Position numbers and translations under genes: made by a program. The notes beneath the pieces were generated by a model, which saw nothing but the letters and a program-made list of their open reading frames with translations, was not told the origin of the DNA and made no database searches. From positions 248,001 through 312,000 of the forward strand of contig JBNJNM010000007.1 in the NCBI GenBank assembly GCA_052426225.1: a DNA stretch of 64,000 bases, read 5' to 3'. Source of the stretch: Zancudomyces culisetae HAW-14-8 (lineage: Eukaryota > Fungi > Kickxellomycota). Shown in pieces: positions 10,956-23,923 of the stretch. The stretch's first letter is position 1. Each line of letters begins with the position of its first letter.

Positions 10956-12157
10956 ATGGCAAACGGGAAGGTAGTCTTGTATACATACTTTAGGTCGACT
11001 GCGTCGACTTGGGTGAGAATTGCTCTTAATTATAAGGGTATTAAATACACGTCCGAATTTATCAACCTTCAGAAAGGCGAACAGGTGAGTTTTGCTCTTT
11101 TAATACACAGTATCCGTTCTTTCTTATCCTAAAAACATATTTGATAAAAAATAGAACTCCGAAAAATATGGTGAGATTTCGAGCACCCATTATGTCCCTT
11201 GTTTGGATATTGACGGAGTCAAGCTTATTGAGTCTATGTCAATAATCCACTATTTGGAAGAAACTAGACCAGAAAAGCCTTTATTACCCTCAGACCCTAT
11301 CCAAAGAGCTCAAGTAAGTGTTCCCCTCTTCATATCATTTTATCGCCTCGCCTCCCCTTTTTTTTTATACATGAAATAGATAATAATAGCTGAGTTGAAG
11401 AAAATATTATACACATAAATATAAACACACTAAAACACTAGGCAAGGACCATTGCTTCAATGATTGCATCAGGAATTCAACCTCTCCATAATTCTTCTGT
11501 GCTTGCGGGTTTTCCCGAAGAGGAACGCACACCTCGAGCTGCAAACGCAATTACTAAAGGATTCAAAGGTAACATAGTTTATTTTTGTGAACAGGACCCA
11601 ATTTGTTATTATCACTATTACTATTCTGCTTAGATCCCTTTAATTGAAGACACAAAGTATCTCTATTAAATATCTCAGCATTTTTATTTAATTACTCTCT
11701 TTACTCTCCCCCTCCCCCCTTTCCCTTTACTACACCCATCTTTAACTGCAATCTGATACTATATTTTATAGCCATCGAAAAGTTCTTGAAAAATTCATCT
11801 GGCAAATACTGTGTTGGAGATCACATTACACTGGCGGATGTGTATCTTTTTGGTTCTTGCCTTACAGGTTTAAGGTACTTTTTCTCACATTCGTTATTCT
11901 ACTTTTCTACCAACTTTTACACACATTTATAAACACACGAGTGAAAATCTTGCGTGCAATACTAGCAATTTGATTCAAGAGTCGTGTATGCTTACCTCTT
12001 AAATACAAAAACGCATAGATATAATGTCAACTTGAATGAATTTGATCTTATTTACAAAGTATTTCAAAACTTGGAAAAGATCGAGTCCTTCCAGCAAGGA
12101 GCGTGGTATAATCAGCCAGATTGCCCAGAAAATCTAAAACCAGGAAATACCAATTAA
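10956..12157 (+). CDS. GSTZ1: Glutathione S-transferase zeta / maleylacetoacetate isomerase; exons approx. 10956-11084, 11155-11313, 11442-11568, 11771-11874, 12019-12157
   Basis: Not in the ORF track. The spliced product reads MANGKVVLYTYFRSTASTWVRIALNYKGI...VPCLDIDGVKLIESMSIIHYLEETRPEKPLLPSDP...IASGIQPLHN...GKYCVGDHITLADV...NQPDCP, matching GST-zeta signatures. Confidence 0.9.
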
Positions 12158-14417
12158 TTTGTTTGTTTACCTTTTTCTTCTCTTTTTACAAAAAATAAAT
12201 AAATATATATTGGCGTTAAGCAGATCGATAAAAAACTCGGAACCCATACTACTGATCATCTTGTAGGTCATGAGTAATAAAAAAAACCAATACTGTTCAC
12301 GCATTGTCACATTTGAATTTGTGTGTAACCCTTGTGAAGTTTTTCATCTCACAGTGGTCCGAATTTCCATTCAATACATTCAATGCAATAGTAGTCACAT
12401 AATAAAACATACTGAATTTTCAGGCAGTATTCCAGATCCACTGGTTTTTTTGGTACGCCAATACACATGTTTTGCTTGGCAAATTTCTATGTTTTCTTCT
12501 CTCCCTAACTACCCAACACAGTGTTGGGATTCTAACAATAAGATAAGTGATATGGATAAGTGATCTGATATTTCTCTTTTAGACTGGCTGCGTATTGTTT
12601 CGTATTATTGTAGCTATTTCATTTTTGCTTAGCTATCCAATCGCAAATACTAAATGGGTGAAAGGGCCTGAGTTTCCCACAAACAATTGTGTTTAAGAAA
12701 TTATCTGGTTATAATTTTGTGAGAATGTATAAAAGCAAAGAGAGGCGTGTGTAAAAGTTGATAAATTGTTAGAATAACACAATAGTAATACCAAAGAATT
12801 ATTATTAGGAAAGACTTTCAATAGTGTAATGTATCCGCCAAGAAATATATAAAAATCTAACATCACCTAATACAATTACAATAATTGTATTATTTACAGT
12901 TATTCTTGTGCCTATACCACCTCAAACCAAACACCCACTAAATATCTACAACCTACAACACTTCACCAGGATTTGTGTGTCAATATACAGTACTTGTCTC
13001 TTGTAACAGCTGTACAATGCCACAATTCATATATACGTGCAAATATCACAAAAACAGGTTTTTCCACAGATTTATCTCACACACCACATGATTCCCCGAT
13101 TTCCTGATTTTTATTTTCTTTGTAACTTTATTGATAAGCTTACTCTTACTCCTCATGATCATCTCTTTTACATTTTTATTGTTTATTGCTCTAGAGTACT
13201 CATTAAAAAAAAAACACCGAATATGTCAAAACAGGCTTAATTGCCAATTAAAAGTCTTATTGATATTATGAAGGAATATGTTTTTTTTAAAGGGGTAGAT
13301 AGAAATTTACCGCAAACAGTCTGCACTCCTTTTAATAAAATTATTCAAACTTATCCTCTCCTCTCCTCTTTCCAGAGCCCAACAGGAAACTCTGTGCGGA
13401 TGTTTTTTATTTTAATCCTTGCAAAATAATGCCACTTTGTTTATCATCATCTCTAAGTTCTGCTCTGCAAAAAGAATAAAGGTAAAAACTCGGTGATTAT
13501 ATTCGATGTGTTTGGGCCAAGTACGGGGTTTATTTTTAAGTGATTAATAGAATAGTCGAATTTGGATTAAACTCTTGGAAATAAAACAAATATGGTTAAA
13601 TGTTCTTGGAAATTGGACTCTATTTTTAACTTTTGTAATAAAGCATTGGCGTGAGTATTATCCAATAAGCAGTTATAACATGCATTGAAATAAATAGAAT
13701 GAGTTTAGTTTTATTTTCAATTTAGGAGGTGAAAGGAAGCCTTTGCATGACAGTTTGAAAATGGATTGGTTAGAAAACCATTCAAAATGCTCAAACCTCT
13801 ATAATTAGTCCTTTTGGTTAGTCTAGGAAAATTTCCACAAAATAAAAGGAATGTTACAAAGTCGTAAAGAAAAACATAGTATCATTCAACTTTATCAAAG
13901 TATGCGTTAAAAAGTTGTTATTTCCCGCTTTGCGCTTCTATAGCCATTTGAAACTATGCGTATTTTCTTATCTCAACTCCATCAACCATTCAAAATCTGC
14001 TATAAATTATAATTTTCATACGATTTACTATAATGTTCGCCAAGAACTGGTTACAATGAGGTCTGAGAAACCTGCAGTAAAATAAAACAAATAATTACAT
14101 AAAAAAGTAAACGAGAAAACAAGAAAACAAGAGCTAAAAAAATAGCAGACCAATTACTTAGCTTACTGATAGTTTTTATTCTTGGAAAACGAATGAGTTT
14201 TAGAATATATCCTTTCTTGGAAATAACACTTTTTTGTGATGGACTACTATAGTTTAAATACCACCAATTTCTGGGAAAATTTTTTTCTTAGATCAATTCA
14301 AAAGGTATATAAGTATTGCGATCACTCACTCAAAAAAACATAAAAAAGCAAATCTAAGCTTGTATAACTGTTTGGACAAAAAGGCAGTCATCATCAGTCA
14401 ACACACTAACTACAAAA

Positions 14418-14642
14418 ATGGCAATGGAAAAGCAAAGTCAAGGCATATTGGTTCTGATAGCACTGTTCATCCCACCCGTTGCCGTTTACATGGAACGAGG
14501 AGATTGTGACGGTCAAGTCTGGTTGAACCTTATTTTAACTATATTCTTTTACCTTCCAGGATTCATCCATGCTCTTATCGTAATATTCTCCAGGAAGACA
14601 CCACAAGTGGAGAATACCCTGCCAACCTACAATAATGCCTAA
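14418..14642 (+). CDS. PMP3: Pmp3/UPF0057 plasma-membrane proteolipid
   Basis: LIALFIPPVAVYMERG...WLNLILTIFFYLPGFIHAL. A TATATAA sequence lies upstream near 14306. Confidence 0.9.
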   Translation: MAMEKQSQGILVLIALFIPPVAVYMERGDCDGQVWLNLILTIFFYLPGFIHALIVIFSRKTPQVENTLPTYNNA

Positions 14643-15412
14643 GTGCTTTTGTTTCTGAGGCACTAATGTATTTCATGTTATAGCAAATATCAGTTTGTAA
14701 ATAGAACGCTTATTTACAGCATAATTTTTAGTATTAAATCTAAATGTCTTGATTTTAACCAATAAAGATTATATACAAGCTAATTGAAAACAAAGAAACT
14801 ACCAAAAAGCACTGTTTGCAATGTAATGTAAATGATGTTCTTGCTTGTTTTTAAAAGCTAGTGTTTGAAGATTCTTCAGGTGTGGGAACATTGGTACTTT
14901 AACTGAATTATACATATTCAAATATAATGACTAGTTGGTAGATGCACAATTTGAATATGGTCAAAACAAGGAGTATATCTCTAATAAATATACGAAAATC
15001 ATCCACAAAAAGTTGACCACACGTTTCTAAACACAAAGCTCACCCTCTCTCCTCTCTCTCACATCTCTTCGTATTTCTAATTCGTGTGTGTGTTGTTTAT
15101 GAGTTGAAAATCTATATTTCCCTGTGTTATACCCCAACACAACATATCGTTTGCTCTCAATCGTCACTCTACTGCTATTCACCTCAAACACAACAATCAA
15201 TAAAGGACTTTTAGAAAATTGCGATTGTGAAATTCTATACTAACCTGCACCAAATACCACAGCCGAAGGCTAATACTGGTGAATCATTAAAAACACAAAG
15301 TACTACTTTATTGCTAAATATTATCGGAAAGTGCTATAAGTATACGTGGAAGGGAGGTGTAATATTGAATATACCCCAAAACCTGATATCTACCGAAATC
15401 GATAAAACTCTA

Positions 15413-16005
15413 TTAGAAACCCTTCTTTGTCAAAAACTCTCTAACCTCTTTTAAGAAAATTCCCTTGATCACAATGTTGTTGTTGAGTTTTTTCAAATGC
15501 ACTTTTTCTTCCCCGAAAATCTCCACCAGCTCTTCTTTAAGTTTCTATTAGTAAATAAACAAAATCAAATATAGTTTGGTCGTTGTTTAAAAATACATAC
15601 TCCCCAACCACCACAAACGATCTATATAAAAAACAAAATTTCAGAGTAGAAAAGAGTAAAGTGGCAAATACATTCAAAATTTACCTCTACATCGCCTGTT
15701 ATCCTTCTGATTACAGTTAATTTTCGGGATCCATTGTTCCTGTATTCTGAATAAACCGGCAATGATCTATAGCTAGTTCTTTTTACAAAATATGGTGAAA
15801 ATTCAGCAGCGCCTGAGTTAGCCGACCCATATGCTGAATTTACTGTATTTGTGTCGGATGCTGATTGTTCATTTACGCTTTGGCTACTCGATTCACTGCC
15901 GGAAAGCTGCTTGCAAACAGTCGTATTGTGAAGTGATCTCAAACTCAAAACTGATAGTTTTGTGTTATTTATTTTGCCAGAGCTAAACCTAAAGATTCTT
16001 ATCAT
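15413..16005 (-). CDS. IMG2: Mitochondrial ribosomal protein mL49 (Img2); exons 16005-15685 and 15544-15413
   Basis: YFVKRTSYRSLPVYSEYRNNGSRKLTVIRRITGDV, and a second exon ending IVIKG...VREFLTKKGF*. Confidence 0.9.
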
Positions 16006-16288
16006 ATTCCCTTAATCGTAATTTGTTATTTATGATTTATTAGATAGACAGTAAATTTGCACTAGTGTTTAAGCATTTAGTGTTTGGGATTAGCGAACAA
16101 AGATAGTGGTGTTGAACCAAAGCCAACAGAGTAATTTGATTCGCAAATCAAAAATTTTGTTTTAATTATTTGCACTTTTTTTTCATAAAAAAATTTTTTT
16201 TTTTAGTTTACTATATTATTAACCTAACAAACTGCTAAAAAAAAATACGATTGTCGAAAAAATTTTAATATACTGTAAATTAAACAAA

Positions 16289-17006
16289 ATGGCAAAAACA
16301 GCAAAGGACAAGAGCAAGAAGGAGGTCAAGCAAAAGGAGGTGGAGGTACTACCAGAAAACATAGCGGCAATAGCTTTACCACTAGCAGACAAAAAGCTAC
16401 GAAAGAGATTGTTCAAGGTCGTTAAAAAAGGTTGGTAGTCAACATTTATTCTGTTTTGAGAAAAAAAACTAAAAAAATGTATACAGCATGCCTACCTTTG
16501 GCCAGCATATAGAATAAAAATTAACAAAAGTACTTTTGAATTTATAGCCACAAAGAAGAGAACCATCAAAAGAGGTGTCAAGGAGGTTGTCAAGGGTCTG
16601 AGAAAAGGAGAAAAGGGGTAAGCTTTTCGGGTACTCTATGAAAATTTTGAAATTATCAGTGGTGGGAGTATTTTTTGGCAAAGGCTTCCAAAATACACTT
16701 ATTTTAAAATACTTATAATCAATCTTTTGAAATAGACTAGTGGTTATGGCTGGAAATATTTCACCCATCGACGTGTTGAGCCACGTCCCAGTAGTTTGTG
16801 AGGACAACGAAGTCCCATATGTGTTTGTTCACAGTAAGGAAGAACTGGGTTTTGCTGTTTCAACAAAGAGACCTACATCCTGTATCATGATTGTACACGG
16901 AAGCAAGTCCGACGGAAACGATAGTGAATTTAAAGAACAATTTGATTACTGTAAAGATAAAGTTACGGCATTAAACACCGAGTTTATTAAATCAACAATC
17001 GGATAG
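16289..17006 (+). CDS. NHP2: H/ACA snoRNP subunit 2 (L7Ae family); exons 16289-16430, 16548-16617, 16736-17006
   Basis: IALPLADKKL...IKRGVKEVVKGLRKGEKGLVVMAGNISPIDVLSHVPVVCED...STKRPTSCIMI. Confidence 0.93.
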
Positions 17007-17192
17007 TATATTATATGTTAATAATCTTTCTCCCATTATAGTTGTTTTATCATTATATTTGACTTGTTTTGTTTTTCCTCTGGCCGCTTGATGTGTCGAA
17101 AAAATAAACATATTTACTACTAAAATGTATTATTTACAAAAAGTATTAGCATTCTAGACTGGACAAATGTCTTTCACTTGCACACACACCAC

Positions 17193-19477
17193 TCATCTTG
17201 ACGTCAAGGGTGTTCCAGCTCTCCGTTTTGCTTTTTTATGTTTTTTGTTCTGGTTTGGTTTCTCTCCACTGTTGTTTCTATTATCAGTTGTTGTGTCTCT
17301 GGAGATTTCAACTGCCTTGCGTTTGTTAGACGTACCTGACCTGGAGACTAATAGTTGGTTATCTTTTGATTTCACTGGTGTGTTTGGTGTGTTTGGTGTG
17401 TTTGGTGTTTCAGATGAACATTCTTTGGTGGGCTCAGCAGTTTTAACAATAAAACTAGGATCGGATAACACAAAACACGCCACAAAGAACCCATTTGTAA
17501 ACATTGATGGATCTGATCTGATTAATGATGCTGATTGATCTAAATAATTTAGATATATACACATTTACATTTACATTTACATTTATATGGACATTTATAG
17601 ACATACACCACTGTTAAATAAATATCAACCTAAATATTAGAAATATAAGAATCTGAACAAACCAAAGCTGTCGAATCAGTCGAAAGATCTTTATAAATAA
17701 ACAAGAATTACCTGTAGAAAGCCCACAAAACTCATGTCCCCTCATACTCCACGTTGGCAGTACATTTTCCCTCTTATCCAAAACAAATCTCTTTTGACCA
17801 TTCAATACATTTCTAACCACATTTTCATTTTCAGTTTCATGAATCGAACATGTAGAATATGTAATTTTTTTAACCTTTTCAAACTTCATTGCATGAAGTA
17901 GCACGGTTGTTTGGAATTCTGCCAGCTTTTCCTGTCGATCATCCGACGTCTTTCGTTTGCTCATGTTTTTGCTGTTGCTTCTTGCACAGTATATGTCAAT
18001 AAAATATTCAACCAATTTATCCTCTCGGTTTACAATTCCTGATCCTGAACATGATGGATCCAGCAATATATATTCCACATTGTTAAACTCTGCTGATTGT
18101 GGGTCAATGTCCAAAAAGCTCATATTCTTTGTAGTGATATCTAATAATGATGATTTACTTGTTAGCACACCTGTATTCAAGTTTTTATCATATACTTTAC
18201 CATTTACAGAAAATCTCCCTACTTTTACAACCAGCTTTGTGCGTCATGTTTTGCAGCACTTTCAGCCGCTTGGCATCTTTATCGATTGCAAATATCTTCC
18301 CTGAATTTCCCATCAAACTAGATAAATGACTAGTTTTGTTCCCTGGTGCTGCACATCCATCAATAACCTGTCCATCCTTTTCTGGGTATAAAATAGATGC
18401 TGGAAAGCATGAAGCCTTATCCTGCAGTATTATTTTACCCTCTTTGTATAACCCATGTTCTATCAAGTTGGTCCCCTCTGGAAATATCAACAAATCATGT
18501 AAATGAGGATCCTGACAAAATATTTTTTTGTTTTTGTTTTTACCCAGCGTTTCTTGTAGCTTCTCAAGTTTGACGTTTCCAATATGTTTGTATCCGCTCG
18601 CTTCAAACTCCTGCACAATCTTTTCAACCGAGGTTTTGTTGAGATTTACCCTTACATATCGAGGAATGTATTCTAATCAATACATTTTACCATATACTTG
18701 ATACATCGGTATTCACCCAAGAACTAATCAATCTTATTCCAAAAAAAAACAATCGGAAAGTACAAAAGAATTCACCAGCTGTTTACGTATTTTAACCCAC
18801 TTACCCTTATTTACCAATTGTTTTGGAATAAACATATCTTTTTTGACGTTTCCTGTCGCTTTTTTATGTGCTTCATATATCTGTATGATCCTTTTCTTGT
18901 GTGCCAGTATCTGCTTTTTCAATTTTGAATCTTGGTTGGTGTGTTGGATACCACCCCTTGCAAACAACAAATCGTGTAATATCACAATGCACTCGTAGTC
19001 CTTCAGCTATTAGTAGAGTATCTTAACTATTAAATAATACCCAACATCCAGCATCTAACTTTCACTAACCCCTAACCCCTAACCCCTAACCCCTAGCCAC
19101 TGATTTTTTAATCGTTTCAATTACTGAGTTATTAATGTTCGTAATAATACTGGTTATATTAGTAGTTACCGTCTTTTCTTTTTTCAAAATCTCGCTTTCA
19201 TCAAGTATTTTAAGGATTATTCCTGAATCTAGCACAAATAAATATTATATAATATATAATCAGTTTCAATACAAACTCCTAGTCCAACCTCCCTACTTTT
19301 CCAATATCGTTCATAACAGCAACTTAACTTACACTTCATTGATTCACAAACTGCTGCATATAAACGCTTTTTATCGTTTACACGTATTCTATCGTTTCCC
19401 AGAATTATACTTTTCGGTGAGCCTCGACCTAGCAATATGCTCTCAAGCGAAGTTGCTGCTGTTTTATAAAACCCCAT
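17193..19477 (-). CDS. RCM1: 25S rRNA cytosine-C5 methyltransferase (NSUN5/Rcm1), about 6 exons
   Basis: IPRYVRVN, LQDKASCFPA, DGCAAPGNKTSHL, ILLDPSCSGSGI, YSTCSIHETENENVV and TNGFFVACF. Start MGFYKTAA at 19477. Confidence 0.92.
19065..19098 (+). repeat. (CTAACCC)4 plus one degenerate copy; telomere-like (TTAGGGG on the minus strand), intronic
   Basis: ctaaccc ctaaccc ctaaccc ctaaccc ctagcc, inside intron 2 of RCM1. Confidence 0.85.
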
Positions 19478-20202
19478 GTCTATGTGTGTTTGTGTTTGTG
19501 TTTGTGTTTTTAATTCACTTTTTGGTATTACTTTTTTATTTTGTAGTTTATAGTTCCTGATTGTAAATCCAGGTAAAAAGATAGTCGTGATTCGAAATTC
19601 GTCCAATATTAGATATTTTCTTGAATACAAGATCCGAGAATGTTCAATAAATGGACTTTGTGAAGGTTTGATACTTTAATATCGATTAAGGCTGTGAAAT
19701 ATAAAAAATATCTGAAAAAGGGAAAAGTGAAAAGGGAAAAGTGAAAAGTGACAACGAAGGATCGAGTTGAAAATCAAGAGTCAAGAATCCAATCTCCCTT
19801 CGGAAAAAAATAATTGAAGCTGAACAAAAAAAATTAGGCCATAAATCTTTGCTGAAAAATACCTTCCTTCTCCATACCACTTTCAAAGCCTCAAGGGATG
19901 GTTTTCCCATACTACCGCTAATATAATCGAGTCAAAAAAAGTAAAAAAGCTCCGCTGCTATATCATAGTTAAAATTGTTGTTTAGCCTATCCCCACTCCT
20001 TACCTCTAAGGTTCATCACAGTTTTACTGACCTTGGTCTGACTGGAACCATGAAAAGGCCTTTAGATCACACATATCATATATATCCCAAACCATTTTTG
20101 TGTTTTTATTTAAATCTTGCTCCTCATGACTAAAAACACCACACAAAAGTCAAACAAATTATTTTAACTATTAGAATATATATTCGATAAAAATGTCGCT
20201 AT

Positions 20203-21189
20203 TTAAAGCTTGGGTTGGTACCTAGACTTATCAAGTGGTTCAGAATGGTGGTAAATAATGATATCTTTGTACATTTCTGCCTTGGTTTTCATCAACGCTT
20301 CACCACGGTTAAGTGCCTTTTTGGAAACCTGCTTCCCCAGCTCTACTGCAGCGTCTAGCAAGTTCTCAGGGTCTGCTGTGTAATCAACTAGCCCATCCTT
20401 TACGGCTTCATCGGCTGTGTATCGGTGCCCCATTAGTGTACATCGTCTCACTGCACCTGCATCTTTTACTTTTTGTTTTATGAGTGTTGTGGTTCCTATT
20501 TGCAATCCCATACCAAGATCTATCTCAACCTAATATTTCATATTCTTCTTATTTTATTATCTGCTCATATTCATCGTTCACAGTTTGAAATTAATCACCA
20601 AGTATAGTAATTATAGATAGTTTATTCTTACCATGCACATGTACCCCCTATGATTGTTCATAATTCGATAATCATGAGCAAATGCTAGAATCTAAAAATA
20701 CCAGTTTAGTTTTATAATATTCAGATTAGCATCAGAGATCAACCGTTTAATGATATTTTTGACATCCTTATAAGTCAATTGGATAGCCCAATTTATTGAA
20801 CTTACACAGCCACCTCCAAATGCATGTCCGTTCATTGCTGCAATTGTCATTACTCTGAATGTTAACAGCTTGCATACAATAGTTCTTAATAATGGAGCCA
20901 CTATCTCGGTCTGGGTACTTAACGCGGTTACATTAAATCCATTACAATAGAATTTGCCAGTAGACGAAGTAATCAAAAACCCACCAATATGCTTTTTGTC
21001 TTCTGGAAGGTTTATGATTGTATTGTCAACGTAGTTCAGGGCACTGATAAATGCTTCAAGAAACTTGATATCCAGTCTGTTTTCAGGAAGTGAGAGCATT
21101 TCGAGGAGAAATCCTGTGGGATATCCTGGGATTACTGTTGATAGCTTGATTTGTGCATCTTTTTCATTTGGAAAGTATATTGGAGTCAT
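20203..21189 (-). CDS. Enoyl-CoA hydratase/isomerase (crotonase) family, likely a peroxisomal delta3,delta2-enoyl-CoA isomerase; 3 exons
   Basis: GKFYCNGF, TIAAMNGHAFGGGC|ILAFAHDYRIMNNHRGYMCM|VEIDLGM, GHRYTADEAVKDGLVD, and C-terminal PKL (a PTS1 variant). Confidence 0.88.
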
Positions 21190-22291
21190 TCTGAGGTTTT
21201 TTATTTTTATTTCTTTTACTTTTACTTTTACTTTTGCTTTTTATTTTGTGTATTCGATATCGTCCTGCTTCTATGCTGAGTTGAATAGTATTGATAGTAC
21301 TATTGAGTTGCGGTTGTGTGTTCCAAAGTTTATCAGTATGATAGTTTAAAATATATACCTATGAGACAAAAAATAAGTGAATAAAATATCAGGGTTATTA
21401 TATACCAATTTGAAATGTTGGCATCACGATCTTTAACAGTATTTTGAAACCACTCAGTATAATTTGACAAACACACGCTGTTTCACCTGTATTTCGCGCT
21501 ATTTTTTATCTTGTGATATTTCATGATTTTGAAGCAATCACTGGAGCAATGTGATTTTTTTTTACTATCAAGGGGTGGAAGGGCATAATTTGATGTTGAC
21601 CTGAATAAAAGAAAAGCAAAACCCCAACAGTAGACGTTCATATTTCAGGATCTACATGGTGTTTCTGAACATAACACTCATATACCAATAAGTTGGTCCA
21701 ACCTTTGATTCTAAGATTTGGGAAATTCCTGGTACACCATACCTGAGGACTAGAGATTTTAATCCAACTAATAATTATTATTTTGTACTTAGATGAAACT
21801 AGTGTATATTGTGCTAGTGGTGATTTTCTTCATAACTTTGTTTAATATTTTTTACTTTAAATACTGTTAGTCTGAAAGTAGTCTGAGCAACTGCGTGAAT
21901 TCGTCAAGAATACAAGAGTGAGGTTTTAAATTCCATCATTTCTAAGGAATAACCAAGGCTATATGTCGTGTAGAGGCGTTTAGATTTAGAGTAAAGAAAC
22001 GTGTATCTATATAATATTTATGCTATCTTAAACTCAAATGCTTTGATAGCAAAAAATAGACACATAAACAATTCAAACAGTTTCTCAGCTCCTAGTGAAC
22101 CATTTCTACGCCCTACCATTTTTATTTTTATACTTTGAAAAGCAAACTATACTCTGTTTGGAGTGAATGGGCCAGTATTCTCTGTTTTTTTTAGTATATA
22201 TTACAAACTACATCTGCTAAAAATGGAAATTACTTATGGTAGTTAATAAAATATCATGGTCACATCAGTCCGTTAACAAAATTGAAATTTA

Positions 22292-23186
22292 TTATAATGC
22301 AAATATTATTACTAATAAGGTTACTAAAATATTGGTTCCTATAAAACTTTCATGAAAAGTGTAAGCGTAAAGATTTGTGCCAGCTGAATTATGCATACTT
22401 GACACAAAATCATTAACATCACCACTGTCGCCCTTTAAGAGTGCTGGTGCCTTGGTAACCTCATGATAATTAAACGAGGCCGGTGCTTGTTCATCACTAT
22501 GTATAATTTCAGCTTTTTCTAGATTATGCCCCGAGTTTGTTCCAGGAATCATTCCTTCATAAGTGACAAATGGTCCGTTATTGTATTCTGGAATATCATT
22601 ATAATTTGTAACTGCTAGGTAGGAAACGGGCGACTGTTTTGTACCACACCTGAAAACATTTTTACAATTTGAGAAACAGGCGCTGTTTCCACTATGATTA
22701 GTGTAGCATTCGCTGAGACAAATCTGTTCCTTACCCATACAGTCCATTATGGAAATAGGGAATGACCACGGGTTGATTTCTATTTTTTTGTCTTTACATT
22801 CGCATCTCCAGCCCATGGTATCGGGGTTACAAAATATCTATGAAAAACACTCAAATGTTAATCATTGATGTTATGTACACACATAAGAGATAAAAAATAT
22901 ACTTACCTTTTCGCTACTCATCTCACTGCAAGTAAATCTACATAGTTGCACTGTATTTTCACATGTTGACCTTCGATTGACTCCCCGTACTTGCGTAATA
23001 TCCCAGTCAGCTAAAATGAGTTATATTTGAAACTTTTGTTATAGTATTTGTTGGAGTGATAGTACTGGGGCAAACCTATATCATATCGTTTAAGCAAAAA
23101 AAAAAGTGAATATTTCAACACTTACTTTTAGCCTCACTTAGCGAGAACGCAATTCCTACACATACAATTCGGTTGAAAGATTTCAT
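22292..23186 (-). CDS. Cysteine-rich secreted, probably GPI-anchored protein; exons 23186-23126, 23010-22907, 22837-22292
   Basis: The spliced frame is intact: MKSFNRIVCVGIAFSLSEAK|TDWDITQVRGVNRRSTCENTVQLCRFTC...|IFCNPDTMGWRCEC...C..C...C...C. It has a signal-peptide-like N-terminus and a hydrophobic C-terminus (ILVTLLVIIFAL). Confidence 0.8.
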
Positions 23187-23923
23187 TATTTCTGCCTTTG
23201 CCTCTATTCTTATTGTTATTTTTTAATTCAGATTACAAACTAGCAAACTTTTATAACCTAAACTTAGGATATGCTTTTAAAAGCTTCAACGAAAAGATAT
23301 AACACTTTGAGAGTACACTTAAGTTCTAATTTTATGAATAATTTCAGGTTCACGAATAGTTGTGATTCAAGACTAATTACACAACGTCACTTTATCGGCT
23401 TTGCTGTTTTTATATAATTTTCATGTGATGAAATACACACATTGGTATTTAGTTATGAGGACAACGTGCTATTACAAATAAATCATCTGGAATGAAGCTC
23501 TACATTAACTGTACTGCCACTAAATTTCAACAGTTAAAAGTAATATCGATAATATTGCTATTTTTTTTGCCGAAAAGATGAAGATTTCTACATAAATACT
23601 ATGAATGGTTATTCGTTCACTTGAGATGTCTATACGTTAACTTTTGTCTAAAAAGTTGATGTTTAGTGTAAACATTAGGTCGACATCACGGTTTGTAATA
23701 GGATCGGGACTAATAGTTTATTATTTCTTTATTTTGAGCACCAAATGTAAATACATGCGTCAGCAAATAAATGAATCTAAAGGTTATGGCTTTGCCTGCT
23801 CCGGACTACTATACTTTAGTCTCGGTAACACCTGTTGCTGGCCGAAAAAAAGGTTAGTATATACGCAAGTTTAGCCTAAATATTGTTGATTTTATAGCAG
23901 CAAACATTAACCAAGCCAAATAT

